From Macrostomum lignano (lineage: Eukaryota), in NCBI GenBank assembly GCA_002269645.1, contig NIVC01001380.1, positions 237,337 through 301,336 of the forward strand: 64,000 nucleotides of DNA, written 5' to 3'. The translations under genes and the position numbers were made by a program. The notes beneath the pieces are model-generated. The model was not told the DNA's origin. It saw only the letters and a program-made list of their open reading frames with translations, and did no database searches. Of this stretch, positions 42,901-53,249 are shown piece by piece (within the stretch, counting starts at the first letter, position 1; every line of letters starts with the position of its first letter).

Positions 42901-45900
42901 GGCGCCTACCAAGAGACAGGGGCGCCCACCAAGAGACGAGGGCGCCCACCAATAGACAGGGGCGCCCACCAATAGACAGGGGCGCCCACCAAGAGACAGG
43001 GGCGCCCACCAAGAGACAGGGGCGCCCACCAATAGACAGGGGCGCCCACCAAGAGACGAGGGCGCCAACCAAGAGACAGGGGCGCCCACCAATAGACAGG
43101 GGCGCCCACCAATAGACAGGGGCGCCCACCAAGAGACGAGGGCGCCCACAAAGAGACAGGGGCGCCCACCAATAGACAGAGGCGCCTACCAAGAGACAGG
43201 GGCGCCCACCAAGAGACGAGGGCGCCCACCAAGAGACAGGGGCGCCCACCAAGAGACGAGGGCGCCAACCAAGAGATAGGGGCGCCCACCAAGAAACGAG
43301 GGCGCCAACCAAGAGACAGGGGCGCCCACCAAGAGACAGGGGCGCCCACCAAGAGACAGGTGCTCCCAACAAGAGACAGGTGCTCCCACCAATAGACAGG
43401 GGCACCCACCAAGGGACAGGTGCTCCCACCAATAGACAGGGGCACCCACCAAGGGACGGGTGCTCCCACCAATAGACAGGGGCACCCACCAAGAGACGGG
43501 GGCGCCCACCAAGAGACAGGGGCGCCCACCAATAGACAGGGGCGCCCACCAAGAGACGGGGGCGCCCACCAAGAGACAGGGAGCGCTCACCAAGAGACAG
43601 GGGCGCCCACCAATAGACAGGGGCGCCCACCAATAGACAGGGGCGCCCACCAAGAGACGAGGGCGCCCACAAAGAGACGGGCGCCCACCAATAGACAGAG
43701 GCGCCTACCAAGAGACAGGGGCGCCCACCAAGAGACGAGGGCGCCCACCAAGAGACAGGGGCGCCCACCAATAGACAGAGGCGCCTACCAAGAGACAGGG
43801 GCGCCCACCAAGAGACAGAGGCGCCAACCAAGAGACAGGGGCGCTCACCAAGAGACAGAGGCGCCAACCAATACACAGGCGCCAACCAAGAGACAGAGGC
43901 AAAATATAGGATCTGCATTGATTAATGGCTCGTGAAGCTTCCAGTTCGTGCAGAAGATCTGTCCACTTTTCATTGAGAGGTGAACTATTAAAAATGCATA
44001 GGCACGGGATATGCCTTTGGAAAATCAGTATCTAAATACAAGTACTTGTACTTTTCCAAAGCAATTGTTATTTATTACAACAGCAAATATTTTGGAACCC
44101 GATTTACAGAATCTAGAACCTGAGAACAGCATCTAGACCCTGAATTCAGCATCTAGACCCTGAGCACAGCATCTACGTAGACCCTGAGCACAGCATCTAG
44201 ACCCTGATTACAGCATCTAGACCCTGAATCCAGCATCTAGAACCTGGGAACAGCATCTAGGCCCTGAATACAGCATCTAGACCCTGAATTCAGCATCTAG
44301 ACCCTGAGCACAGCATCTGGACCCTGAATTCAGCATCTAGACCCTGAGCACAGCATCTAGACCCTGAGCACAGCATCTAGACCCTGAGCACAGCATCTAG
44401 ACCCTGATTACAGCATCTAGACCCTGATTACAGCATCTGGACCCTGATTACAGCATCTGGACCCTGAATTCAGCATCTGGACCCTGAGCACAGCATCTGG
44501 ACCCTGAATTCAGCATCTAGACCCTGAGCACAGCATCTGGACCCTGAATTCAGCATCTAGACCCTGAGCACAGCATCTGGACCCTGAATTCAGCATCTAG
44601 ACCCTGAGCACAGCATCTGGACCCTGAATTCAGCATCTAGACCCTGAATTCAGCATCTAGACCCTGAGCACAGCATCTAGACCCTGAGCACAGCATCTAG
44701 ACCCTGAGCACAGCATCTAGACCCTGATTACAGCATCTAGACCCTGAATCCAGCATCTAGAACCTGAATCCAGCATCTGGAACCTGATTACAGCATCTGG
44801 ACCCTGAATTCAACATCTAGAATCTGATTACAGCATCTAGAATCTGATTACAGCATCTAGAATCTGATTACAGCATCTAAACCCTGAATCCAGCATCTAG
44901 AACCTGAGCACAGAATCTGGAACCGTACGACAGCAACTAAAATAAGATTTATGGCATCTAGAACTACATGATAATCGATTCCTATGATTATCCTATGGTT
45001 TAAAGACTTGACAGATGGTTTTAGGCGGTCATTGCGTCCAACTCTCGCGCTTATTTCATAATTCCTAAACCAGATCGTCAGGGTCATAAGTCAGTGTAAC
45101 TGCGCACTCGCTAGTCAACGGAGTGAGCAGCTTCATCTGTCAGGTTTTCTGTGGCCCCACTATGTAAACAATGTAATTAGCAATTTTTTTGCACCGAGTA
45201 ACCGCAACCAGCCTCTCCAACCCCGACTACAGGCGCCTTCCTGATTCCCTACTGCGTGATGCTGGCAGTTGTCGGTCTGCCCTGCTTCTTCTTGGAACTG
45301 AGCTTTGGACAGTTTGCTAGCGTTGGTCCGCTGACCATCTGGAGAATCAGCCCCCTGTTCAAGGGTGAGTTGTGCGAACATGATTACAGCATCTAGAACC
45401 TGGTTTTACAGCATCTAGAACTTGATTTTACAGCATCTAGAACCTGATTTTATAGCATCTAGAACCTGATTTTACAGCATCTAGAACCTGGTTTTACAGC
45501 ATCTAGAACCTGGTTTTACAGCATCTAAAACCTGGTTTTACAGCATCTAGAACCTGATTTTACAGCATCTAGAACCTGATTTTACAGCATCTAGAACCTG
45601 GTTTTACAGCATCTAAAACCTGGTTTTACAGCATCTAGAACCTGATTTTACAGCATCTAGAACCTGATTTTACAGCATCTAGAACCTGGTTTTACAGCAT
45701 CTAAAACCTGGTTTTACAGCATCTAGAACCTGATTTTACAGCATCTAGAACCTGATTTTACAGCATCTAGAACCTGATTTTACAGCATCTAGAACCTGGT
45801 TTTACAGCATCTAGAACCTGATTTTACAGCATCTAGAACCTGATTTTACAGCATCTAGAACCTGGTTTTACAGCATCTAAAACCTGGTTTTACAGCATCT

Positions 45901-48900
45901 AGAACCTGATTTTACAGCATCTAGAACCTGATTTTACAGCATCTAGAACCTGATTTTACAGCATCTAGAACCTAATTTTAACTCTTTAACTTCCACATAC
46001 TCGCAGGTCTTGGCGTTTCCATGGTGATGGTATCTCTGATTGTATCCGTATACTACAACGTTGTGGTGGCCCAATGCTTGTACTTTTTGGCCTTGAGCTT
46101 CACTAGCCGGCTTCCGTGGCACGATTGCAGTCATTCTTGGAACAGCGACAGGTGCACAGATTTCATACAGGCCAACGCTTCATCAGCTGATGGAGCTGGG
46201 CAGAATCTGGCTTCCGCTATGCTGGCTGGGTTCAACTGTACTTGTGAGTCATCCATGGGGACTCCTGAAGCTAGAAGTCTGGATAGGGAAACACTGTTCT
46301 GAGAGACAACAATGGGAACAATAGAAAATTAAAAAAAACCCTACAGAAAAAGCATTTGCTCCATATCTTGCCTAAGATATCAGAAAGATCTCTACATTCA
46401 ACTTCATCTCAGCAATTCCCCCATAAGTCTTGTCATCTCAGCAATTCCCCTATGAGCCTTGGAATCTCAACAATTCCCCTATCAGCCTTGGCATCTCAGC
46501 AATTCCCCCATGAGCCTTGGCATTTCAACAATTCCCCTATGAGCCTTGGCATCTCAACAATTCCCCTTTGAGCCTTGGCATCTCAACAATTCCCCTATGA
46601 GCCTTGGCATCTCAGCAATTCCCCCATGAGCCTTGGCATTTCAACAATTCCCCTATGAGCCTTGGCATCTCAACAATTCCCCTATGAGCCTTGTCATCTC
46701 AGCAATTCCCCCATGAGCCTTGGCATTTCAACAATTCCCCTATGAGCCTTGGCATCTCAACAATTCCCCTTTGAGCCTTGGCATCTCAACAATTCCCCTT
46801 TGAGCCTTGGCATCTCAGCAATTCCCCCATGAGCCTTGGCATCTCAACAATTCCCCTATGAGCCTTGGCATCTCAGCAATTCCCCCATGAGCCTTGGCAT
46901 TTCAACAATTCCCCTATGAGCCTTGGCATCTCAACAATTCCCCTTTGAGCCTTGGCATCTCAACAATTCCCCTTTGAGCCTTGGCATCTCAGCAATTCCC
47001 CCATGAGCCTTGGCATCTCAACAATTCCCCTATGAGCCTTGGCATCTCAACAATTCCCCTTTGAGCCTTGGCATCTCAACAATTCCCCTATGAGCCTTGG
47101 CATCTCAGCAATTCCCCCATGAGCCTTGGCATCTCAACAATTCCCCTTTGAGCCTTGGCATCTCAGCAATTCCCCCATGAGCCTTGGCATCTCAACAATT
47201 CCCCTTTGAGCCTTGGCATCTCAGCAACTCCCCTATGAGCCTTGGCATCTCAGCAATTCCCCTATGAGCCTTGGCATCTCAGCAACTCCCCCCCCCCTTG
47301 AGACTTGGCATCTCAATTGAGAGGTGTCTTATTCTGTTTTACTAAATCAATCAATATGCTGACTAAATTGATAAATTAGCGCAATTTAAGACTCAAGTGA
47401 ATTAATCTATTGTTCTTAACGGAGTTTATTTTACTAGTCCACTAGTTTAGTTGTTAAGTATGTTGTGAATAGCGTAGAAAATAAAATAAAAATGAGATTG
47501 TACGGTATTGCGTTCTAATTATGTGCTAAAACGTGTGAATGAATTCCTAATTTAATATCTTATTTGATACTGAGATCTTGTACCCGTATTTTCCCTGTGC
47601 AGAGTAAACACAGCACCTTAGCAGGTGCAAAGCAGGTGACTCCAAAATCAGAATTCCGATAATGAATTAAAAAATATTCATAAAGCTGGGAGCAAATATG
47701 ATCAACTTTTCTATTGAATATTCATCCAAAGATAGGAGATCTGTTAATGTTTGATGTGGGGGTAAACAATTTTCTTAGTGCAATTTTTACATTTCGCTCA
47801 AGTTTAGAGTAAAAACATAAAATGCGGTTGCTGGGCCAGCCTCCAAGAGTGTCAGTTGCTGGGCCAGCCTCCAAGAGTGTCAGTTGCTGGGCCAGCCTCC
47901 AAGAGTGTCAGTTGCTGGGCCAGCCTCCAAGAGTGTCAGTTGCTATGCCAGCCTCCCAGATCCTCAATTGCTGGGCCAGCCTCCCAGATCCCCAGTTGCT
48001 GGGCCAGCCTCCCAGATCCTCAGTTGCTGGGCCAGCCTCCCAGAGTTTCAGTTGCTGGGCCAGCCTCCCAGATCCTCAGTTGCTGGGCCAGCCTCCCAGA
48101 TCCTCAGGCAGCAAGCCAGCCTCCCAGATCCTCAGGCAGCAAGCCAGCCTCCCAGATCCTCAGTTGCTGGGCCAGCCTCCCAGAGTGTCAGTTGCTGGGC
48201 CAGCCTCCCAGAGTGTCAGTTGCTGGGCCAGCCTCCCAGATCCTCAGTTGCTGGGCCAGCCTCCCAGAGTGTCAGTTGCTGGGCCAGCCTCCCAGATCCT
48301 CAGTTGCTGGGCCAGCCTCCCAGATCCTCAGTTGCTGGGCCAGCCTCCCAGAGTGTCAGTTGCTGGGCCAGCCTCCCAGATCCTCAGTTGCTGGGCCAGC
48401 CTCCCAGATCCTCAGTTGCTAGGACAGCCTCCCAGATCCTCAGTTGCTGGGCCAGCCTCTCAGATCCTCAGTTGCTGGGACAGCCTCCCAGATCCTCAGT
48501 TGCTAGGACAGCCTCCCAGATCCTCAGTTGCTAGGACAGGCACCCATTCAATCTGAACAACTGCCTACAGAATCGCAGGCCAACTCTGAAGCCAACCCTC
48601 AATTCAAACCATTTGCAGTCAACAGCACCGACCCGGAAACGAAGTGCAAGACACCCTCTGAAGAATTTTACGAGTGAGTAATTAATTGTACTTAAAAAAG
48701 CCAAACACAGACACCAATTACAGGGACAACTGGAACTAAAAACTAAAAACTAAACTAAATTTCTAGTACTTTCATCTATTAGAAAACCTCCATGCAGACA
48801 GGCTTGGTTCGTAAGAAACCACCACTTTAGTACTCGTAAAACAGACGTAAAATTCAAAGATCAGGCAATTTTTTTGGAGGCCACAATTTCCTCGGAGAAC

Positions 48901-51900
48901 AAATACACTGCGGAGATAGGAAAAATCAGTTTTTTTCATCCCAAAATCAGTGATTGCATTTGAGCTGGGCACTGCCATTCCTTTAATTTAGCGGATCATG
49001 CCAATCTCTTAGCAATCCCTCTGCCCATGCCAACAGAAATCACGTACTGCAACTCACCAGCGGTATTGAGCACTTCGGCAGCGTGAACTGGTTTGTCCTG
49101 CTGGCTCTATTCATAGCCTGGGTCATTGTGGCTCTGGTGCTACTCAAAGGTGTCCAGTCTCTGGGCAAGGTGTCCTATTTTACCGCAATATTCCCTTATC
49201 TGATGCTGACAATTCTGCTGATCAGAGGGGCCACACTGCCCGGAGCGGCGGAAGGTGTGAAATTCTACCTGACACCCGTGTGGAGCCGTCTGGCCGATTA
49301 CAAAGTCTGGATGGAGGCGGCCACACAGATCTTCTTCAGCTTGTCCTGCTGCAACGGCGGCCTCATAGCCATGAGTTCGTATAATAAATTTCGCAACAAC
49401 TGTCAGAGAGATGCTGTGATGGTGGCTTTGATCAACTGCGGCACTTCTGTGTTTGCCGGCTTAGTGATCTTCTGCAACCTGGGCTTCATGTCGCATCAGA
49501 AGAATGTGCCGGTTGGCGAGGTGGCTAAGGGCGGCCCGGGTCTGGCCTTTATTGTCTATCCGGAGGCGCTGACCCACATGCCGCTGTCGCCGCTGTGGTC
49601 TGTGCTGTTCTTCATCATGATGGCCACGCTCGGCTTCGGCTCTCAGGTTCGTGACGGCGGGGAGCGAGTGAAGATGATGGGAAGAGAGAGTGGAGATAAT
49701 GGGAAGAGAGTGGAGATGTTGAGAAGAGAGTGGAGATGATAGGAAGAGAGAGCGGAGATGATGGGAGGAGAGAGTGGAGATGATGGGAAGAGAGCGGAGA
49801 TGATGGGAAGAGAGTGGAGATGATGGGAAGAGAGTGGAGATGATGGGAAGAGAGTGGAGATGATGGGAAGAGAGTGGAGATGATGGGAGGAGAGAGTGGA
49901 GATGATGGGAAGAGAGCGGAGATGATGGGAAGAGAGTGGAGATGATGGGAAGAGAGCGGAGATGATGGGAAGAGAGAGTGGAGATGATGGGAAGAGAGTG
50001 GAGATGATGGGAAGAGAGTGGAGATGATGGGAAGAGAGTGGAGATGATGGGAAGAGAGTGGAGATGATGGGAAGAGAGTGGAGATGATGGGAAGAGAGTG
50101 GAGATGATGGGAAGAGAGTGGAGATGATGAAAGCTGAGATGCGATCAAAGCAACACACGAGGAAAGTGAAGGTATCTATCTGTACTTAGCACATTCTTCT
50201 GCAAGCTCGTTTGGCCAACTATCTGAGACAGAAGACGCGAGCTGCAGTGACGGAATTTTCGCGCACTGCTGTGCACTTCTCTCCCCTAGCTATCTTTCGG
50301 CGCAAATAACAAAGTTATGGCCTTTTTCTACAGCTAAAATGGCTGTCAGAGAGAGTCAGCTGAGGCCTCAGAGGAGGAACTGAAAAGTGAAAGCAATTTC
50401 TACAGCTTCACTCAGTCCAGTCTGAACCAGTTTGCTTTCCTTAAGGGTCTGCAATCGTTTGTTGGGTTATTTAAACTACTTTTGTTAGTAAGCAGTGAGT
50501 AAAATTACGCGAAAATTATTTGTATATTTCGATATAGTCGTTTAATTAAAATAGATGTTCGCTTAATAAAGAAAATTTTGAGTAAAACACTCCTGGTATT
50601 TAGGCTGTCGGATTCAGTCACGTGACCTCTGTAGTGTACATTGTTATAGGCTTTTAATACCCCAGAAGCTATTGGTTTCAGTCACGTGACTCCTGTAATG
50701 TACATTGTTATAGGCTTTTAATACCCCAGAAGCTATTGGTTTCAGTCACGTGACTCCTGTAATGTACATTGTTATAGGCTTTTAATACCCCAGAAGCTAT
50801 CGGCTTCAGTCACGTGACTCCTGTAGTGTACATCATAGGGTTTTATAGCCGAAGGCTGTCGGATTTAGTCATGTGACTCCTGCGCGCAGTGTACATTAGT
50901 ATAGGCTTTTATGCCTCAAGAGCTGTTGGTTTCAGTAACGTGACGTGGCTTTATAGCCGGGGTCTTATCAGTCACGTGACCACAGGTATGCGCCAATTTT
51001 TTTTGTGGAGCAAGCCCATCACGTGACTTCAAGGCTGTAGGCGACAATGCCGCATAATATAAATAATCAATCCACTCCCTCTACTGCAGTTCTCAATCGC
51101 TGAGACAGTGCTCTGCGCTCTGCAAGACGAGCTCAAAGCCAAGGGCCTGATCGGGGCCTCCAAGTCGCATTCTATCCTGCTTCGGCTCGGAGTCTGCGCC
51201 TGCCTATTCGCCCTGGGCATCCCCATGACTTTCGGCGGCGGTATGTACCTGCTGAACCTCATCGACAACGCCGTGTCCACCTTCCCGCTGTTGGTGTGCG
51301 GGCTCTGCGAAATTGTCGTGCTGATGTACATCTATCCGTACAGACAGTTCGCCGAGGACATCAAGCTGATGGTCGGTGGCAAGCCGAATATCTACTGGCG
51401 AGCCAACTGGATGGTTGTCACCCCGCTGGTCATCGTGGTGCTCATCCTGCTCATGATCATATTCTATGAGCCGCTGACCTACGGATCGTATGAGTACACC
51501 CAGCCGTTCCAGCTGCTCTGCCTGCTAATTGGAGTCTTCGTCATCGTGTGGATACCTGTCTACGCCCTCTACAAGTACTGCGCCGAGGGCGGCGGAATCC
51601 TGCTGAAGGAGTTCCTGAAGCCGGCCGAGGAGTGGGGCCCCGCCCAGCTAGAGGACCGCGGCGAGTTCCTTGACAACCTGGCCAAGACCACCAACTCCCT
51701 TGACGGCACTAACAATTTCTTCCAGTCGAAGTTGAGCATCGCAGCTGAGTTGCAGCGAGCCGCCAGCAAGGAGTCGGGCTTGAACCGGATTCGAACTCAC
51801 ACCAACTCGTTCTCCCAGCTGCAGTCCAGCGGGTCCGCCGCTCATCTCACCATCTACGATCAGCACGCGATCGCTGCGGCCGCCAACCCGCAGGCTGCTG

Positions 51901-52025
51901 CTGCCAAGTGTGACAGGTGCGACACCTCCCCGGGGGCCGCCACGCCGGACACTCAGCAGGTGCCATTCGCTTCATTCAGCCTGGGCCCCCAGCAGGTTAA
52001 GGAGGACGTACAGACGGCTGTCTGA
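36430..52025 (+). CDS. SLC6 Na/Cl-dependent transporter (glycine/proline-transporter-like). Exons 36430..36564, 39417..39666, 45233..45364, 46007..46243, [47603..47635?], ~48571/48580..48673, 49037..49646, 51090..52025
   Basis: TM1 [31 protein letters not shown]; ELSFGQFAS; SPLFKG; YYNVV; LPWHDC..SWNS..C; [12 protein letters not shown]; [12 protein letters not shown]; [13 protein letters not shown]; [13 protein letters not shown]; C-terminal QTAV. Phases are consistent except the junction after 46243. First exon inferred only from phase-0 match and splice signals. Confidence 0.88.
36762..37070. repeat. Perfect 16-bp minisatellite (GTCCCCAGTGAGTACT)
   Basis: About 19 identical units, period 16. 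Each carries a GTGAGT donor-like hexamer. Confidence 0.97.
38445..38850. mobile_element. Imperfect long inverted repeat (foldback/MITE-like) in putative SLC6 intron 1
   Basis: GAGAAGAGACACAAACCGGCCGGATTGCTATTGTGAATTTTCAAAGGACCCGAGG (38512-38566) pairs with CCTCAGGTCTTTGAAACTTCGCAATAGCAATCCGGCCG..GGTTTCTGTCTATTCTC (38689-38749). Purine-rich left tail, pyrimidine-rich right tail. Confidence 0.65.
38830..39200. repeat. (CTCCT)n microsatellite
   Basis: Pentamer run with CTCAT variants. Confidence 0.95.
39876..39958. repeat. (CT)n microsatellite within a pyrimidine-rich block
   Basis: About 40 CT units. Confidence 0.95.
40715..43895. repeat. 3.2-kb GC-rich 20-bp minisatellite (AGGGGCGCCCACCAAGAGAC) with higher-order structure
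   Basis: About 160 units. Variant blocks recur; identical translated blocks lie at 41423 and 42681 (offset 1258). Confidence 0.97.
44125..44915. repeat. 20-bp minisatellite (CAGCATCTAGACCCTGAGCA family)
   Basis: Period 20, several variants. Confidence 0.95.
45385..45975. repeat. 22-bp minisatellite (CAGCATCTAGAACCTGATTTTA)
   Basis: Period 22. Shares the CAGCATCTAGA.CCTG core with 44125-44915. Confidence 0.95.
46420..47300. repeat. 29-30-bp minisatellite (GAGCCTTGGCATCTCAACAATTCCCCTAT)
   Basis: Period 29/30, about 29 units. Confidence 0.95.
47826..48540. repeat. 28-bp minisatellite (GCTGGGCCAGCCTCCCAGATCCTCAGTT)
   Basis: Period 28, GCTGG-G-CCAGC palindromic core. Confidence 0.95.
49670..50130. 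repeat. 20-bp purine-rich minisatellite (GAGATGATGGGAAGAGAGTG)
   Basis: Period 20-22, about 22 units, starting ~25 nt after the donor at 49647. Confidence 0.95.
50600..51030. promoter_or_regulatory. 64-bp tandem repeat carrying GTCACGTGAC palindromes (CLEAR/extended E-box cluster); regulatory role unproven
   Basis: Perfect GTCACGTGAC at 50617, 50681, 50745, 50809 and 50971; ATCACGTGAC at 51018; degenerate copies at ~50868 and ~50935. Confidence 0.5.
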
Positions 52026-52204
52026 CTGCAAACTGCCATGAACACCGAATTGAGAACGTGATTGACCTTAAGGTGAAAATTAACCATTTTTAAATGGCCT
52101 CATGGTGAGTCAATCAGATGATGGCCTCTTTAAGGGCAACCGGCAAAGCTCTTGTCTACACAGGCGAGGCCCTTGTCTAACACAAATGGGAACTGTTAAG
52201 ATCT

Positions 52205-52520
52205 AGTGCCACCTGTTAGACAGGAATGTCACCTGTTAGACAAGAGTGTCACCTGTTAGACAGGAACGTCACCTGTTAGACAGGAGTGTCACCTGTTAGA
52301 CAGGAGTGTCACCTGTTAGACAAGAGTGTCACCTGTTAGACAGGAGTGCTACCTGTTGGACAGGAGTGTCACCTGTTAGACAGAAATGTCACCTGTTAGA
52401 CAGGAGTGTCACCTGTTAGACAGGAGTGTCACCTGTTAGACAGGAGTGTCACCTGTTAGACAGGAGTGTCACCTGTTAGACAGGAGTGTTACCTGTCAGA
52501 CAAGATCGAATGTCACCTGT
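52205..52520. repeat. 20-bp hairpin-core minisatellite (CACCTGTTAGACAGGAGTGT) just 3' of the SLC6 stop
   Basis: About 15 units, each with a CCTGT-TAG-ACAGG stem-loop. Confidence 0.93.
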
Positions 52521-53249
52521 TAAAAAGGAGTATCGACTCTGCATTGTGTGGTACATGCATACACACGTACATATTTATAAGCATACTTTTGAAAATTTAC
52601 GACTTCTAAAATCAACAGGCACTTAATTCTGCCTTTGTCGCAGAAAATCATTAGTTAGTCAGTTGCTCTGCTATAGAAATAGAATTTCATTGACAAGCCA
52701 ACTCTACAACTGCTTGATTTTAGCTTTAGTGGAACTTCTAATTCCGCTCATCCGCACGAGATGGTTACAGCCCTCTTCGTTTTTTTAGGATTTTAAGCAA
52801 AGCTCAGCAGCTTACACATAAAAGCTCATTTTTCCCGACCACTAACTACTACTTGCTCTATAGTAGCACCTATCGTATTTCCGCATATAGTTAGTTTTAT
52901 TTGTATCCATTTTTCGATACCTGTATGCTTGCCATTATGTTAATGGTACACCGCGCTTTAACTACTATAATCGGTATAATTTTTAGTGGTAATGCGTTGC
53001 GTTTGAATTTTTGAACATAAAAATATTTGTCGTAAAGAACACTGCGAACTTTGATTTAAATTTGTTTTGTTTTAAATGTATTGCGCAGTTTACGGTACGG
53101 CGCTTATTTGCGTGAAAACAAACTTTTATTTACATGTATCTTCCACCCAGTTTATTGAAACATTTTACTGCTTTTTTTCACGTTTCTTCTATTACAGTAC
53201 AAACAAACGCAATAATTGTCTTTATAAACAATATAATTTTATTGTAGCT

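Noticed and set aside
40610-43935. Many long overlapping ORFs ([13 protein letters not shown]...; [11 protein letters not shown]...)
   Set aside because: Stop-free translations of a 20-bp minisatellite inside an SLC6 intron.
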